Positions 1-14,000 are shown, counted from the whole stretch's first letter. The stretch is DNA of 61,982 bases, filler included, from Squatina squatina (GCA_031763465.1; 3 parts of 3 records of this genome joined end to end with filler, not necessarily neighbours in it), one strand, 5' to 3'. Notes: generated by a model from the sequence alone, not told the origin. Translations and numbers: made by a program.

Positions 1-365
1 ATCTTCTACCTCAACTCCACTTTCCTGCACTATCCCCATATCCCTTGATTTCCTTAGTATCCAAAAATCTTAGTTTTGAATATACACAACAACTGACCAG
101 ACACCACCCTCTCGAGTAGAGAATTCCAAAGATTCACAACCCTTTGAGTGAAGAACTTTCTCCTCATCTCAGTCCTGTTGTTCTGAGATGGGGCCCCTAA
201 TTCTAGACTTCCCAGCCAGGGGAAACATTCTCCCAACATCTACCCTATCAAGCCCCTTAAGGATTTTATGTTCAATGAGATCACCTCTCATTCTTCTAAA
301 CTCTAGAGAATACAGGCTTAGTCTTTTCAATCTCTCCTCCGAGGACAATCCCCTCATCCCAGCAA
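1..365 (-). mobile_element. CR1-clade LINE, 3' end of ORF2 and 3' tail (degenerate)
   Basis: Minus ORFs give GMRGLSSEERLKRLSLYSLEFRRMRGDLIE..LKGLDRVDVGRMFPL and FFTQRVVNLWNSL, the typical CR1 ORF2 C-terminus. Confidence 0.85.
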
Positions 366-439
366 CTTTCTTTGGTCTTTCTGCAGTGATGGAAATTGTG
401 GGTGATCTTGCAGACATTCTATCCAAGCTGTACCTTTTA

Positions 440-712
440 CTTCACTCTAGATGCAAAATGAAATGCAAGTGTTTTAGAACAGAGTGCAAGAAAAATGTAT
501 TTACACAGAGAATTGAGAGGCTGTGGAATTCACTTCCAGTGATGGTAGTTGAAGCAGAACTGTCAACATTCAAGATTAGATAAGTGAGAAGGTGATCAAG
601 GGATTTGAGAATAGGACAGGTAAATGTAATTATCACTATTTGCTTGCGTGGAGGGTAAACGTCAGTATACTGATTGGACCGAGTGGTTCATTGAGATACA
701 ACTTCTATGTTC
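440..712 (+). mobile_element. CR1-clade LINE 3' end (degenerate)
   Basis: KNVFTQRIERLWNSLPVMVVEAE.STFKIR followed by a CR1-like 3' UTR. Confidence 0.7.
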
Positions 713-2948
713 ATGCGATGGAGTACCACGTGTTACTTTCTCTCCTTTCATTTACTCTATTGAAATGCCCCATTCCAGCTCACAGGAAAGTAGACTTCGA
801 GCTCCAATGATGTACCTACTCGGAGAACACTCTTTAGCACTGCACGGATTCCCCATTCCACTGGTGTAGCTATCAGAGCACCCACAGTTCAATTTCAATG
901 TCACCCTGCTTTAGCACAACAGTTCCCAAGCCATTCCTCTGGTGAGATATAAAAGTACAATTTCAAGAAAATCTCAAAGAAACTTCCTAACTTATGTCCG
1001 CCAAAGTGAAATTGGATATTCTCTTAACAAGGCTGTACGTCTAAACATGTTTTCCAATCTCCTTCCCCCCAACCCCCTCACCTCCACCCATGACAAACCA
1101 CACACTGCCATCCTTTTCCTCCCCCCGCTTCTGTTCTTTAACTTAGGCATTGGTTGTATTTTATCACCAACAGAAATTAAATTGAGGTGTCTGTTTCATG
1201 GTCTAATTAAGTATCACTCCCTTTTTCTTTGCTATAAAATTAGACTTCCTGTGTTAGGGACCTGGCGTGGACCACTGCCAAGGGTTTTTGCTGTGAAACC
1301 CTAGGGGCAAGATGGCAACACAAGCTCTCATTTATACACACACATCAAACACGCACACACAAAAACAGCTTTGCCGTGGGTTTCAAAAAATGCTTTTACA
1401 GGCTAGAATTATTTTTTCGTTATAAATTAGGTGTTCTGTAGATTTTATGGCTAGCAGGAAGACATTTTNNNNNNNNNNAACAGGGCTAGTCCACACAGGC
1501 TAGCAATTCAGGATCTGCGAACACTCTTATCCACATGTAAGGCTGAATTAAATAAAGTTTATTTCTGCTCTTTTATTATTCAGGCACTTCTGATAAAAAA
1601 AGCATTTGTCATTGATTTTAGTTGCTTGGAAGCAATGTGCTAATACAGTCACTAATGGGTTCTGAGTAATGGCTACTGATATTGAACAGGGCAGGCACTC
1701 AATGTACTGATACTGGATCCGTACTAATGTATAACATACGGCCTAGTACTAATCCTAGACCTACACTGGTATACACTGTTCTACTGATACTCGTTGGACT
1801 GGTACTGCTGTTAACTTTGCTGCATCACTTTCTTAAAGGGGACATCTCATTGAAGGGTACAGTTGGAGAAGACGCCATCTATACTCTGGTACCTCAGCCA
1901 CCTCTTCATTTTTCAGCCAAAATAGTGTGATTCTGTAAGCTGTTCAACAACAGTGTTCTTCCCCCAACCGCGCGCAATGTGTAAGCTTCCTATCAGGTGT
2001 TACTGCATAATGATCAGAAATGAGGAATTCAGACTTATTTATCTCTTTCTCATCAGAGACACCAGTTGTAGCACCCCAACTGCCATTCTTGGCTCAGATC
2101 AGGTAAGTAAGTTGAAAGCAGGGAGTGAGTAAGAACTTCTCATCTGCATGGTTCAGTGCCGCATCATACTTTGTGTTACCATGTTGTCATGTAACCTGGC
2201 GTGGCACTTGATTTTATACATATAGCTTTCTGATTGCCTGATCACTTAAGTTTCTCACAAAGAAACTACCAAAACTAATGTCGTTATTGCAAACATCATG
2301 ATAAAATTACAGCTCATAAATGACTGTTTGCAATATTGGCATACGAATGTTCTACGCATTTGGGTGAAGTTTGTTTGGCCTGCTCTTTTAACAGAGGGGT
2401 TAACCAGTATGAAATAATAACATAGCAGACAAAGGAATGTTACATTAATGCATTAAACATTCAGATGCTAATATCACAAACTAATGTGTGGACTCCAATA
2501 TTTAATATTATGAGGTAACGTTTCTGACTGGCATTGTTGTCATATGATTACTTAATGAGCTTGCACTAAATCCCTCTGTGCTATTTTTTAACTCGGGTGT
2601 GACCCAATTTATTTCTAAACACCCATTGGAAAACAGACCCCATTGAGATATCAGCTTCCATCCTTATTGGGTAACTATGACCCTGTACTACTGGCAGCGG
2701 CCCTTCTGCTCACCGGGAGCTCATATTGGAAATTCAGGCATAATCAAGTCAGAAAATCACTGCTTATATGTCTTGGTTATAATACTTTGTCACCTATTTG
2801 TTTGTGCTTATCAATATTTACAATGTTAGTGCTGGGTAATGGGACATGNNNNNNNNNNNNNNNNNNNNNNNNNNNNNNNNNNNNNNNNNNNNNNNNNNNN
2901 NNNNNNNNNNNNNNNNNNNNNNNNNNNNNNNNNNNNNNNNNNNNNNNN

Positions 2949-3496
2949 AGAACAAGTGGCACTCACCCGTACCAGATGAGGAAAGTCCCTGGCCTTTTTG
3001 TGTCACTGGGTAGGAGTCCGCATTTCCACAACCGATGCTGACACTTAAGTCCCAATGACCTACCAGCTGTCACGATGTACGGAGGGGGCAGCTCTTCTTC
3101 CTGAGGCAAGGAATCTCTACCCACTCCTCCTCTCCACCGAGGTCAGCCACATCTCAAGTGCCACATCACAAAAACGGAGGGTATGGTGCACTACTATAGA
3201 CATTTTTCGCAATATGCTCTCCCAGGAGCAAAGCAAGCTGCTGAAATATGAGCAGCCGGGCTACTTTTGCGAATCAAGGCAGTGAGAATGCACTTTTTTA
3301 CAGTGATGGCTCACATGGAAGTGTATTATACATTCAAGACAGCATTCCTACGGCATCTCCAGGCAGCTGACACGCCTCCAATAGTGCAAAAACGCGAACA
3401 AATTTTGGAGCTCCCTGGCGCTATTAACGCCGGGCGCTGTTTGGGCATTAATCAGTGCTGCAGCATTTCAAATGTGGCTACAGTCAGTTTCAGGCC
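2949..3496 (-). mobile_element. PIF/Harbinger remnant: decayed Myb/SANT-like ORF and terminal region
   Basis: Minus reading from 3203: MSIVVHHTLRFCDVALEMWLTSVERR...W*VIG..VS..VVEMRTPTQ*HKKARD then gtgagt, matching the Myb/SANT pattern RF.D..LE.L...V.RR / W..I / RT..QC.KK..D. Ends in a tttcaggccc TIR-like end. Confidence 0.55.
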
Positions 3497-3499
3497 CAC

Positions 3500-3668
3500 G
3501 GTCTTTTATCTCATTGCTCTTTGTGGGACCTTGCTGTGCGCATATTGGCTGTACTGTTTCTCTACATTTCAGCAGTAACTACATTTCAAAAGTACTTTAT
3601 TGGCTGTGAAACACTTTGAATTTCCTGAGGTTATGAATGGGTATATATGAATGCAAGATTTTTCTTTT
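3500..3668 (+). repeat. SINE 3' part with L2-type tail
   Basis: tgtgggaccttgctgtgcgca...attggctgtgaaacacttt...tatatgaatgcaag; related copies at about 20210, 29830 and 40570. Confidence 0.6.
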
Positions 3669-5747
3669 TTAACTGATACATTACAAAGCTTAACAATTTA
3701 GCAGAGTTGACAGGATTCCTTTGAATCATACATTAGAACAGGAACTGATACATAGGGCAAGAAGCCCACCAGAGTTATATATGGGAGCTACCCTGATGGT
3801 GAACTGGGTCAATGCAGCATCCAATGNNNNNNNNNNAGAACAGGCAGATCCAAGGCTCAGTCTCAGTCAATGCTGAGTCAGCTAATTGCAGCTGACATGC
3901 TATATTTGACCTGAGCTAGGGAGAGGCAAGTAAGTGACACTCTCAATCACTATCTAGTGAGTCTTGCTGGAAAATACATATCTGTGGATATTGAGTGAGG
4001 GCAGATGCACTGTTGCCCCTCATGGTCACACGCCAGGCACATGCATAAAGAGTTGGCCACACGGTTGAGATACTGGTACGTGGGCAACACCTTTGAACTA
4101 TGCATGAGCAAGAATCAGCCTCTTCAGGAGAAAAGAAAATTGGAGAGGAAAGGTAAGAATTTATTTCTATTAATCCAAAGATTTTAGGCAGGGGCTTCCA
4201 TCATCCCCTTTCTGCCTGCTCTATAATGCAGGATGCATTTAAGGGGTAGGTAGATAAGCACATGAGAGAGAAAGTAATAGAAGGATAGGCTGATAGGACT
4301 AGATGAAGAGGGGTCGAAACAGACTCGTGTGGAACATAAATGCTAGCAGAGATAAGTTGGGCTGAATGGCCTGTTTTTGTGCTGTAAGTTCAATGTAATG
4401 CTATAAGAATAACCCTCCTGTCAACTCAATGCAAAACAATATTGGTATCAGTGCAGAAGGGAAGGAATGGACAGCTCACTTGTTTACCTTATCAGTGAGG
4501 GACTTTAGGTAGAGAGATTCTTTGTTGAGGAGGGGGAAGAGCAGTGTGAGATCTGATAAAGAATGACTGGGAATAAAAGAGCCGGTGTTTGTGAGGAATA
4601 TAGGCCTGAGTTCCTCCCTGCATCTTGGTATGTTGAGTAGTGGGCCTCCATGCTCCTTGTAGAAATCAGAAGTTATGAGCTGCTGGACTCACAACAGTGA
4701 GACCTTTCCGTGAGTCATTGTAATTGGACGCAGAAAAACAGAAATGGCTGGCATCTGCAGATGATTTCAGCAACTATAAATCAGTTGTTTTTCTGCTATA
4801 TTGGCACTTCGCCAAAGTTTCCCTTNNNNNNNNNNAAATGAGAGGACTTCCCAGGTTTACGAGTTCTGTTGTGTTTTTCAATGCTTCATTTCAGTTTAAT
4901 TACTGAAAATACGCCTTTCTGCTCATATACTTTGATTGCAAAATGACATCATTACTCCAGGCTAATTTGTTTATCTGTAAGGTAGCAGGAGTTGGGGTCA
5001 CCTTTCCATCTTCCTCCAAATAGACACCATTTGGCTGAAGTAGTTTCTCCCCCCTCCCCCACCTCACCAGTCAGGTCAGTCTTTAAATGGAGATGGAGAG
5101 GGCGAGGGAGACAGGGGAAAATATAGTCAGAGAGAGGATGAAATAGAAATATGGAGAAAATATGGAGTGAAATATATAGATTGAGAGGTATAGTGAGAGC
5201 CATATGAGCAAACATCTCCAAACTGTATGTAGGAACTAAAGGGTGAATTCTACAGATGCCAAAAATCATAAGATATNNNNNNNNNNNNNNNNNNNNNNNN
5301 NNNNNNNNNNNNNNNNNNNNNNNNNNNNNNNNNNNNNNNNNNNNNNNNNNNNNNNNNNNNNNNNNNNNNNNNNNNNTTTATCCATAAACATTTGATGGAT
5401 GGTGATAAAACAGGATTAATCTCAAGAAATAAATCTACAGAACAGACAGTGGAGAGTAGAACGGTTTCTATTTTGCACCTGGAGGTCAGTGAAGGTCTTG
5501 TTTCCATAAGGGTAGACTGGATGGGTAAAGTACATTAGAGCACTGCTCTTTTGAAGTTTACTGAGGGAATCGACCAAATCAATCCAGGGAAATTGGTCAC
5601 TTAGGTTTGAATTCCAGGAAACACTAGTTAAAAATTTGGAAGTTAAGACTAAGAAAGGAGGGCGGGCAACACATATTTGCTCAAAGGATAACATAATTGT
5701 GGAAGCCCATTGAAAGAGGCAGCAGGAATGGATTAAAGGAACAGTTG

Positions 5748-6453
5748 GGGCCGAAATTCATTCGCATCCTGTTGGAGCACTTATGGGGGGGAGCCGGCAT
5801 TTCTCGCGCCAGCTCCCGTCCCGCATCACGCAGCGGCGCCCAGGCAGAACTGAAGTGGCTGGCCTTGTATATCGCTGACATGGCCTCAGCACCACGTCAG
5901 CGACATCATTTACGGCTTTTCAGTGCAGTGCTGACATCAGCAGCACTGCCAGGCCTCCTTTAAAGGGGAGGGCCACCGGCTATCCTGACAGCACCCCACG
6001 GCCCGACACTAGGCCACCAGCCTGTCATGCCAGTCGGTGTGCTAGATGGTGGCCCGATCCGGCCACGGACCGTCATCATTTGGCCGACAACAAAGTTAGC
6101 TGGCAAATAAAGATGGCGGCCGCAGGCATGCAGGCCCTCCCCTTGAACAGGTTTCCCTGTTGCTGCAACCGCCCGGTGCTGCGGCTGCATCCCGTGGGTG
6201 AATTCCACCCGCGGGACGCAAACAGGCCGCAAAGGGGGTTATGGCTGCACGGTGCGGGTCGGCGTGCATCTTTATGACGTCACGCGCCTACCCGCCATGG
6301 AATTCAGGTGACCAGGCGCAAAGGAGCTTGCGCCACAGCTGAATTCCCCGGGAGGCGAGATGGCCGCCTTCCAGCGCTGTGTTTTCCTGTTACGCCCCAT
6401 TAGCACCCCTCGGAGGTGCTAATGGGGTTCAACAGGAGATGAATTTCTAGCCC
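5748..6453. mobile_element. GC-rich non-autonomous DNA element (Harbinger-like MITE)
   Basis: Imperfect TIRs gggccgaaattca / tgaatttctagccc, flanked by ttg/tta. Internal inverted motif cctttaaaggggagggcc / ggccctccccttgaacagg. A related segment lies in the opposite orientation at about 10868-11020. Confidence 0.55.
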
Positions 6454-7849
6454 TTAGTGTTTCTGGAGAGCTCCAGTCATTGTAAAAAAAATTCAGAGGG
6501 ATCCTTGAAACGGCGTTAGGCTCCTAGTTAACATATGCAAGNNNNNNNNNNNNNNNNNNNNNNNNNNNNNNNNNNNNNNNNNNNNNNNNNNNNNNNNNNN
6601 NNNNNNNNNNNNNNNNNNNNNNNNNNNNNNNNNNNNNNNNNGAAGAGCATCACACCCAAAACTGATCCTGTCCTTGCTCTGTGTGCACACACGCACTTTC
6701 CAGCAGGAGTTGTGAGATAACGGTCAGCAGCAGCAAATCTGTCTGATTCCCCCTGTCCCTCCCACCACCCGCCTTCCTATTCCAGGGGTCATTGAGGCCA
6801 ATCGTAACACCCCTACAGACACGTCAGCTGTGATAGGAATCTCAGCACAGACCAGACATTGTACCTCAGAAACTCCTGTACTGAATGGCTCAGCAGCACA
6901 GATTGGCGCATTTGCCCAATAAGCCACTGGGGACGCTAGCATTTAGAAAAAGTACACTGAACGAGGCCCATTATTACTATTTTTTTTAATGGAAAGAACT
7001 AGTTTGACCCCTGACATAAACGTGTGCACTGCAGGAAGAGAACATTTGTGCACAAGAAGTTACATTAATTATTTCAACCAGATCCTTGCAGCATTGTAAT
7101 TAATTTGCAGCCACATAACTTCTAACATTCCTTCTAGCTTGCATTGCTCTCCCTCTCCCTGCGATAGGCAGCCTGGGAAAATATTACTCTAATATATGAG
7201 CTCGTAAAATAGTAAGCATTATTTTTCTAGCGTGCATCTGTATTCATGAACCACCCCTCCCCAGGCTATCCATCATTTTTATAGCGTGGCTGGAGAAAGA
7301 AAATTCTCACTAGTCTAATGGTGTTTGGTTTATTAAGCAACTGAATTATGAAATGAATATTATGTTCTCGAGACAGAGAGTATTCTCATCTAGCTCCGGA
7401 GTTGGGCAATAACATTATACATGTAAATGTGTGAGCATTACCTGGGCCATTTCTAATTGTAGCATTTCATTTTAAGTGCAGAAAACATTTGGCGCTAAAT
7501 AAATGTTTATGGCCACAATTAATCTATTCATAACTTTTCTTGAAGAAGTCTGAAATAAAACTTGCTTTTTTTTAGTAATTTCTGTCAGCAATATGGGGAG
7601 CAATAGCTCCTACCATAGGTTGGGAGGAGTATCTACTTTTTACAAACAATTTAAATGAATGGATGGAATCAGGTCCTGTGGGTCTGCAATTCCCCAGCCA
7701 CTGCTCCCTGCGAATGCTATTATGCCCCACGGGTGCTTACTGTGGAATCAGCCGTACATTACCTTGGGATTCATCTTGGAATGGCCACTTGAACCATCAA
7801 AACAGGCAGATGGAGCTTGGAGTTTAATGTCTCATCTGAGGGACAGCAT

Positions 7850-7979
7850 CTCCGACAGTGCGGCGCTCACTCAGTACCGCCCCTCCGACAGTGCGGCGCT
7901 CACTCAGTACCGTCTCTCCGACAGTGCGGCGCTCCCTCAGTACCGCCCCTCCGACAGTGCGGCGCTCCCTCAGTACCGT
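7850..7979 (+). repeat. 33-bp tandem repeat (about 4 copies, runs into gap)
   Basis: Unit ctccgacagtgcggcgctc(a/c)ctcagtaccg(c/t)c(c/t), directly visible. Confidence 0.95.
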
Positions 7980-10867
7980 NNNNNNNNNNNNNNNNNNNNN
8001 NNNNNNNNNNNNNNNNNNNNNNNNNNNNNNNNNNNNNNNNNNNNNNNNNNNNNNNNNNNNNNNNNNNNNNNNNNNNNNNCCATCCTCCCATCCATCCTCC
8101 CATCCCATCCCAACCCATACCATACCAGTAGAGGTTCAGAGTGAAGTAAAGACCACATCATGAAGCAATACAATGGAGCCTAATCTGACTGATCTCACTT
8201 GTGCTGCATTATCTGAGCTGAGGCCCATGTCAGGCGCCGTCACCGCTGGATTTAGTGCACACTGACACAGTGCAATTACGGACGGGCGGCCATTTTGGGC
8301 GCCACGCGCACTTATGACATCATAACACTGCGATTATGCTTCAAGCATTATGGGACTTGCACCCGTTTTGCGCCGGCATGAACGGGACCTGAATTTTGCG
8401 CCCACGTTTTCATGCCCAAAGTGGATTTACGCCTGTTTCACGCCAATTTCGCGCCAAAGGTTTACCTGCGAATTGGACGCCCTATGGGACCAAAATTCCC
8501 TTGTTGTGCACCTCCCATCGCGCCCGAGTAGTGCCCCCGAACCAGCCCCAGAGGGAAGTGGAGCGCATGACATTGCATTCCACTTCCTGTGAGGGGCGGT
8601 AACCGCAATTTCGCGGCCGGGGTGGGACTTACGCGTCGGGCGCAGGAAGTCTCTCCTCCCTCGGTTACCACCCCCAAACAGGCCGCAACCCAGTTTCGTT
8701 CCCTTTAGTTGGCGCAATGCCCTGAACATGGAATGGGAAATTCAGCCAGGTTACCCACTCCAAATTGCTAGCTAATGACCCAGACTGGAAAATGCACGGT
8801 AATCACGCCAGGTAAGGGCAGCATTGGCTCAGCCATGATGTGACCCTCGAAGGCTAAAATAGGCTGCAAAGATTTACCATCTCAGTTCACTTGTGAAGAA
8901 TGGTGCTGGTGTGAGGTGTCAGAAAGTCACCAGCACCATTGCAGCGATAACCCAGCAAGAATCAAGAATAGGGAGAAAAATGTGGAAAGAATGTGAGAGA
9001 AAGTGCCCCCAATAATGGAAACTGCTTATTAACTATGTACCGCAGTGATAACTGTTTCCCAAACTGGCTTGTATTAAGCAGCTTTATTACAGCAGCAAGT
9101 AATTTCTTTTTAAGTCCAATTNNNNNNNNNNTCATTAAAATGAGAGGCATCCGTGATCGGGGAATGGAAAATAGTTTGGCACTTTTTGCATTTGCTGTAC
9201 GGGTGAAGCATTACCAGGTTAGAGGTAAACATGACTGGGTGAACAAAAAGGGAAGTTAGTGGAGTGACAACCCCCATCCAGGCTAATGCCATCCGAAGGC
9301 CATTTCTTCAGATCTGTAGGTTAGTTCATGAAGGAGTAACAGTTGACCGATTGGGAATATTTTTTGGGAGGTAGGGGAGCAGGGGGGATGGGGTGCGCAG
9401 AAAGAGAGAGTTTGTCTTAGATTGAGATACAGCTCTGTAATTTCAGAACTACTGAATGTAAAACCCAGAGCAAATCTTTTAGTGACAGCAAACATAAAAC
9501 TTTTGCACCTATAGTTGCGTTTTTTTTAATAACTCACTTCCTTTTATTCTTTGTCTCCTGTATCATTTTCAGCGTAAAAGACTAGCGATTTAAGAAGGCC
9601 ATTAAATCAAGTGGCCCCTCGTAAATCTGACAAACACATGCATATATTTAATGGCATCTGGGCACCATAAACTTTGCACATAGCTGAGAGTCTGGTTTAA
9701 CGACGGGCTAACATAAAACCCCACCATACAGCAGGTTTACATGCGTCTTACAGACGATTGTTAATACTGGATTAAGGTTTGAGTAACTGATTACCTCTTT
9801 GCTGTGGCTGTTTCAGGAAACAGACCCCTCAGCACTTTCCTAATGCAGTCATTCCAACTGGTAAGCAGTTTGNNNNNNNNNNNNNNNNNNNNNNNNNNNN
9901 NNNNNNNNNNNNNNNNNNNNNNNNNNNNNNNNNNNNNNNNNNNNNNNNNNNNNNNNNNNNNNNNNNNNNNNNGGGAGGGCAGAATATCTGAGAGAGGAGA
10001 GATGAAAGGAGGCATGACAACAGGAGAGAGTGGTCAGACAGGGATAGAGAAAAGGAAAAGAGGAGGACAAAGTGGAAAAGTATTGAATGGCTCGGGTCCG
10101 GAGCGACAGCCAAAGTGTGCACATGAATGGACACAGGGGAAAAGCTCAGGATGCATAAGCCTTGTTAAATGTAATAATTAATGGGATACATATTTCCTGG
10201 TAGCAGGGAATAGGTTGGAGACAAAAGAGCACCGAGTGCAAATCAGTCGTCCAATTCCCTTCAACCATGTAATCTAGTTTCATAATTTACAACAAACAAT
10301 CCAGTTCTATATTTTAAATAAGTATATTTATTTTGCAAAATTTATTCACATAATTGGTACATATACATAAAGGAGGCAGAGTTACAATGGATGAGCATTA
10401 ATGACTCTCATACAATGAGGTACTTAGAATGATTCATCATGAAATATAAATGGATGCAGCAAACAGTTTGACAAGGAGTATAAATAGAGTGTAGAACACA
10501 TGCAGTGATGTGAGATTCTTCATTAATATAAAATTGATGTGCTGGATTCAAAGAGATTAGGCTTTGGACAGGTTCCAAACAGTCAGGGAAAGGCAGGGAG
10601 TTTGACAACTACAGTCTGCAACCCTTTTTAAGAGGATAGTAATGGATTTCATTGGAGCTTTGAGGGGCCATCTCACTTACTTTACAAGGAGTAAAAGAAT
10701 TCTGTACCTAAATTAATAATCACATGGTTTGATCAGTTGGGAGCACCAGATAAATGGAATCCCCTCAGAAAGTCCCAATTAAGTGACTCGAGCTGAAGTT
10801 ATACATCCACAATCTATCCATAGGCAATACAAGCAGCCAGAACAAGGAAAACCTGTCGCTGCAATGG

Positions 10868-11023
10868 GCCCCTTAAAGGGGAGGGCATCTGCGCCTCTGG
10901 CCACCATTTTTATTTATCGGTCAACTTCATAGTCGGCCGATAAATGGCAGCCCCTCGGCCAGATCGTGCCATCATTGCCTCACCTGGCACGCCGACTGGC
11001 CGGTGGCCCAGGGTAGCATGTTC
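10868..11023. mobile_element. Fragment of the same MITE family as 5748-6453
   Basis: Approximate reverse complement of 6010-6150 (ccttaaaggggagggc...ggccgataaatggc...ggccagatcgtgccatcat). Confidence 0.5.
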
Positions 11024-14000
11024 NNNNNNNNNNNNNNNNNNNNNNNNNNNNNNNNNNNNNNNNNNNNNNNNNNNNNNNNNNNNNNNNNNNNNNNNNNNNN
11101 NNNNNNNNNNNNNNNNNNNNNNNNNNNNNNNNNNNNNNNNNNNNNNNNNNNNNNNNNNNNNNNNNNNNNNNNNNNNNNNNNNNNNNNNNNNNNNNNNNNN
11201 NNNNNNNNNNNNNNNNNNNNNNNNNNNNNNNNNNNNNNNNNNNNNNNNNNNNNNNNNNNNNNNNNNNNNNNNNNNNNNNNNNNNNNNNNNNNNNNNNNNN
11301 NNNNNNNNNNNNNNNNNNNNNNNNNNNNNNNNNNNNNNNNNNNNNNNNNNNNNNNNNNNNNNNNNNNNNNNNNNNNNNNNNNNNNNNNNNNNNNNNNNNN
11401 NNNNNNNNNNNNNNNNNNNNNNNNNNNNNNNNNNNNNNNNNNNNNNNNNNNNNNNNNNNNNNNNNNNNNNNNNNNNNNNNNNNNNNNNNNNNNNNNNNNN
11501 NNNNNNNNNNNNNNNNNNNNNNNNNNNNNNNNNNNNNNNNNNNNNNNNNNNNNNNNNNNNNNNNNNNNNNNNNNNNNNNNNNNNNNNNNNNNNNNNNNNN
11601 NNNNNNNNNNNNNNNNNNNNNNNNNNNNNNNNNNNNNNNNNNNNNNNNNNNNNNNNNNNNNNNNNNNNNNNNNNNNNNNNNNNNNNNNNNNNNNNNNNNN
11701 NNNNNNNNNNNNNNNNNNNNNNNNNNNNNNNNNNNNNNNNNNNNNNNNNNNNNNNNNNNNNNNNNNNNNNNNNNNNNNNNNNNNNNNNNNNNNNNNNNNN
11801 NNNNNNNNNNNNNNNNNNNNNNNNNNNNNNNNNNNNNNNNNNNNNNNNNNNNNNNNNNNNNNNNNNNNNNNNNNNNNNNNNNNNNNNNNNNNNNNNNNNN
11901 NNNNNNNNNNNNNNNNNNNNNNNNNNNNNNNNNNNNNNNNNNNNNNNNNNNNNNNNNNNNNNNNNNNNNNNNNNNNNNNNNNNNNNNNNNNNNNNNNNNN
12001 NNNNNNTCAGTAATTACAGAGTCCAAGAAGGGGAATTCTGCTTGTAGGAAATTCACCTGGATAAGCCAAGGAGCATACATGGTTTTCTCTAGCTGCGCTA
12101 TTTTTCAGAGCTTTTGAATCTAGATGGATTGCAGATGCAGTACCTGCAATGTGCAGGAAACTAATGGAGGTCAATAAGGCCCAACTAGGATTTAGAGATT
12201 CTCCAAATTCAGGCCCAGAATAGATTGAGTTTGGTTAGACTTAATGGCTGTCAAGATGTTGGACCTAACCTCAAAATGTAGCCCAATTTAGTCTAACCAC
12301 CTAATTAAGTGAGATGAAGTACAACGACAAAAGATCATTGCCTTCTTTGTAACTGCCCAGTACATCTCAGGCAGTCAAGAATTCCAGTGACCAGGGTATA
12401 TTAGGTAGAGTACAAGGTTTTCAGCTTGCCTTCGCTTAAATGACTCCTGTTCGAAATCAGTATCCCATACCTTCTTGGAAATTTTAATACCTAAATTTAC
12501 CACTTCACAACAGAGTAGATAGTGCTGGAGCCCAGTCCTCGCCCTGAAGGCTGGTAGGATTTCCAACCTTTCAGAAGGTTTAGGCAGAGAGCTACATAAG
12601 ATCAACCATGGTTATGTACTTAGTAAATGATGTACTAGAATCTAGATTTCCATAACTAAAGTTATAGGGCAAATTCACTGATACCAGTGACTGTGCTCGA
12701 AAGGAGTGTGGATCGGAGATAGCGCTGATTCCCTGACAGACACTTCCTTTGAATGCTACATCTCGCTGGGGGTAAATTTATACTCATATTGCTATTTGAA
12801 GTGACGATTTTAGTTGTATAGGCAGTTTCTTGTCATGGAGCGGTTAAAGAGGCCCATCGTCGGGAAGGGCCCGGGAAGAAATGTCTCAGAGTAGGAGACA
12901 ATGGGATTAGTTATGATTTCGACACTGATGATGAAGGGAGGAGGAAGATCATTATGTGAGTTTTAGCCACTGGTATGAATCACTATAGGAGACGGATTAG
13001 ACACAGAGGTCAAGAAATGATTCGTAGAACTCAAACTTTTGAGGAGAAGGGGTGGAAGTGAAATAAATAAAAGAAAATTATGGGGAGGCAGTTTTAACAA
13101 TTACAAACTAAAATAGTTTCGAAGGATAAAGATGAAAAGATTTTTTTTCCCAAGCTAAGCTAAAGGTTATTCAAATACTGACTGCTTTGTCACGAGGAGC
13201 TACTGAAGACAAATCAATCACAACATTTAAAATGAAATTAGATAAACATGTGAAGAATATTAAAAATAAGAAAGAGGAATAGGCAAATGTGAGTAAATAA
13301 CTCTGACATGGAGTCAGTACAGAAACTAGCACGATGAGCTGAATGGCCTTCTTCTGCGCTGATATTTTATGGTTCTGTGATTGAAAATAAAAATAGTCAA
13401 AGCTCACATTTGCTGTGCAACAGCTACGTTACTTTCCACGCTTTTTTTTCTCTCATAAAGCAGGAGACACAGGGGCTTGCTGCAGTGAAACTACAGAGTA
13501 AAGGCTCTGTACATCAGACACACAGGAAAACCAAGGCCCTGGTAAAAATAAACCAATCTTCCCAGTGACAAGCAGTCAGTCGCAGTTAATTGCGGAGAAA
13601 AGGATGACACGTACTGTGAATTCTTTGATGTGCAATATGTTGTTTTCGCTCCACAAATCGACACAGGGTCTGCACACATGAATAATTTGAAATCTCTTTC
13701 TCTGGGTAAATGTATAAAACAAGATTCCCCACTGAGTGCAAAATAAATACTCTGGACATTGAAAGCATTGAGGAGGAGAAGCTGCCTCCTATTACATGAG
13801 CCCTAGCAACTGTTGGCAGCAGATATATGAGGTAATTTCTGGATATATAATAATGCTGCACAATGGTACCTGGTCATATACAGTAACTCTATTGATTTGT
13901 TTCTTGTGATATAGGAGTATGGAACAGAGTTTTTTTTTAAATGTCCGTTTGAACTATGCCATCTTCTCAGTGTACATTGAACCGAGGAACTGTTTTTAAT

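Noticed and set aside
942-1930. ORFs of 120 aa and 82 aa
   Set aside because: Non-ATG starts, low-complexity tactg-rich sequence, no homology recognised.
7850-7979. Repeat array resembling CRISPR spacing
   Set aside because: Head-to-tail units with no unique spacers, in a vertebrate genome.
10944-12080. ORFs of 336-367 aa
   Set aside because: Almost entirely N-gap.
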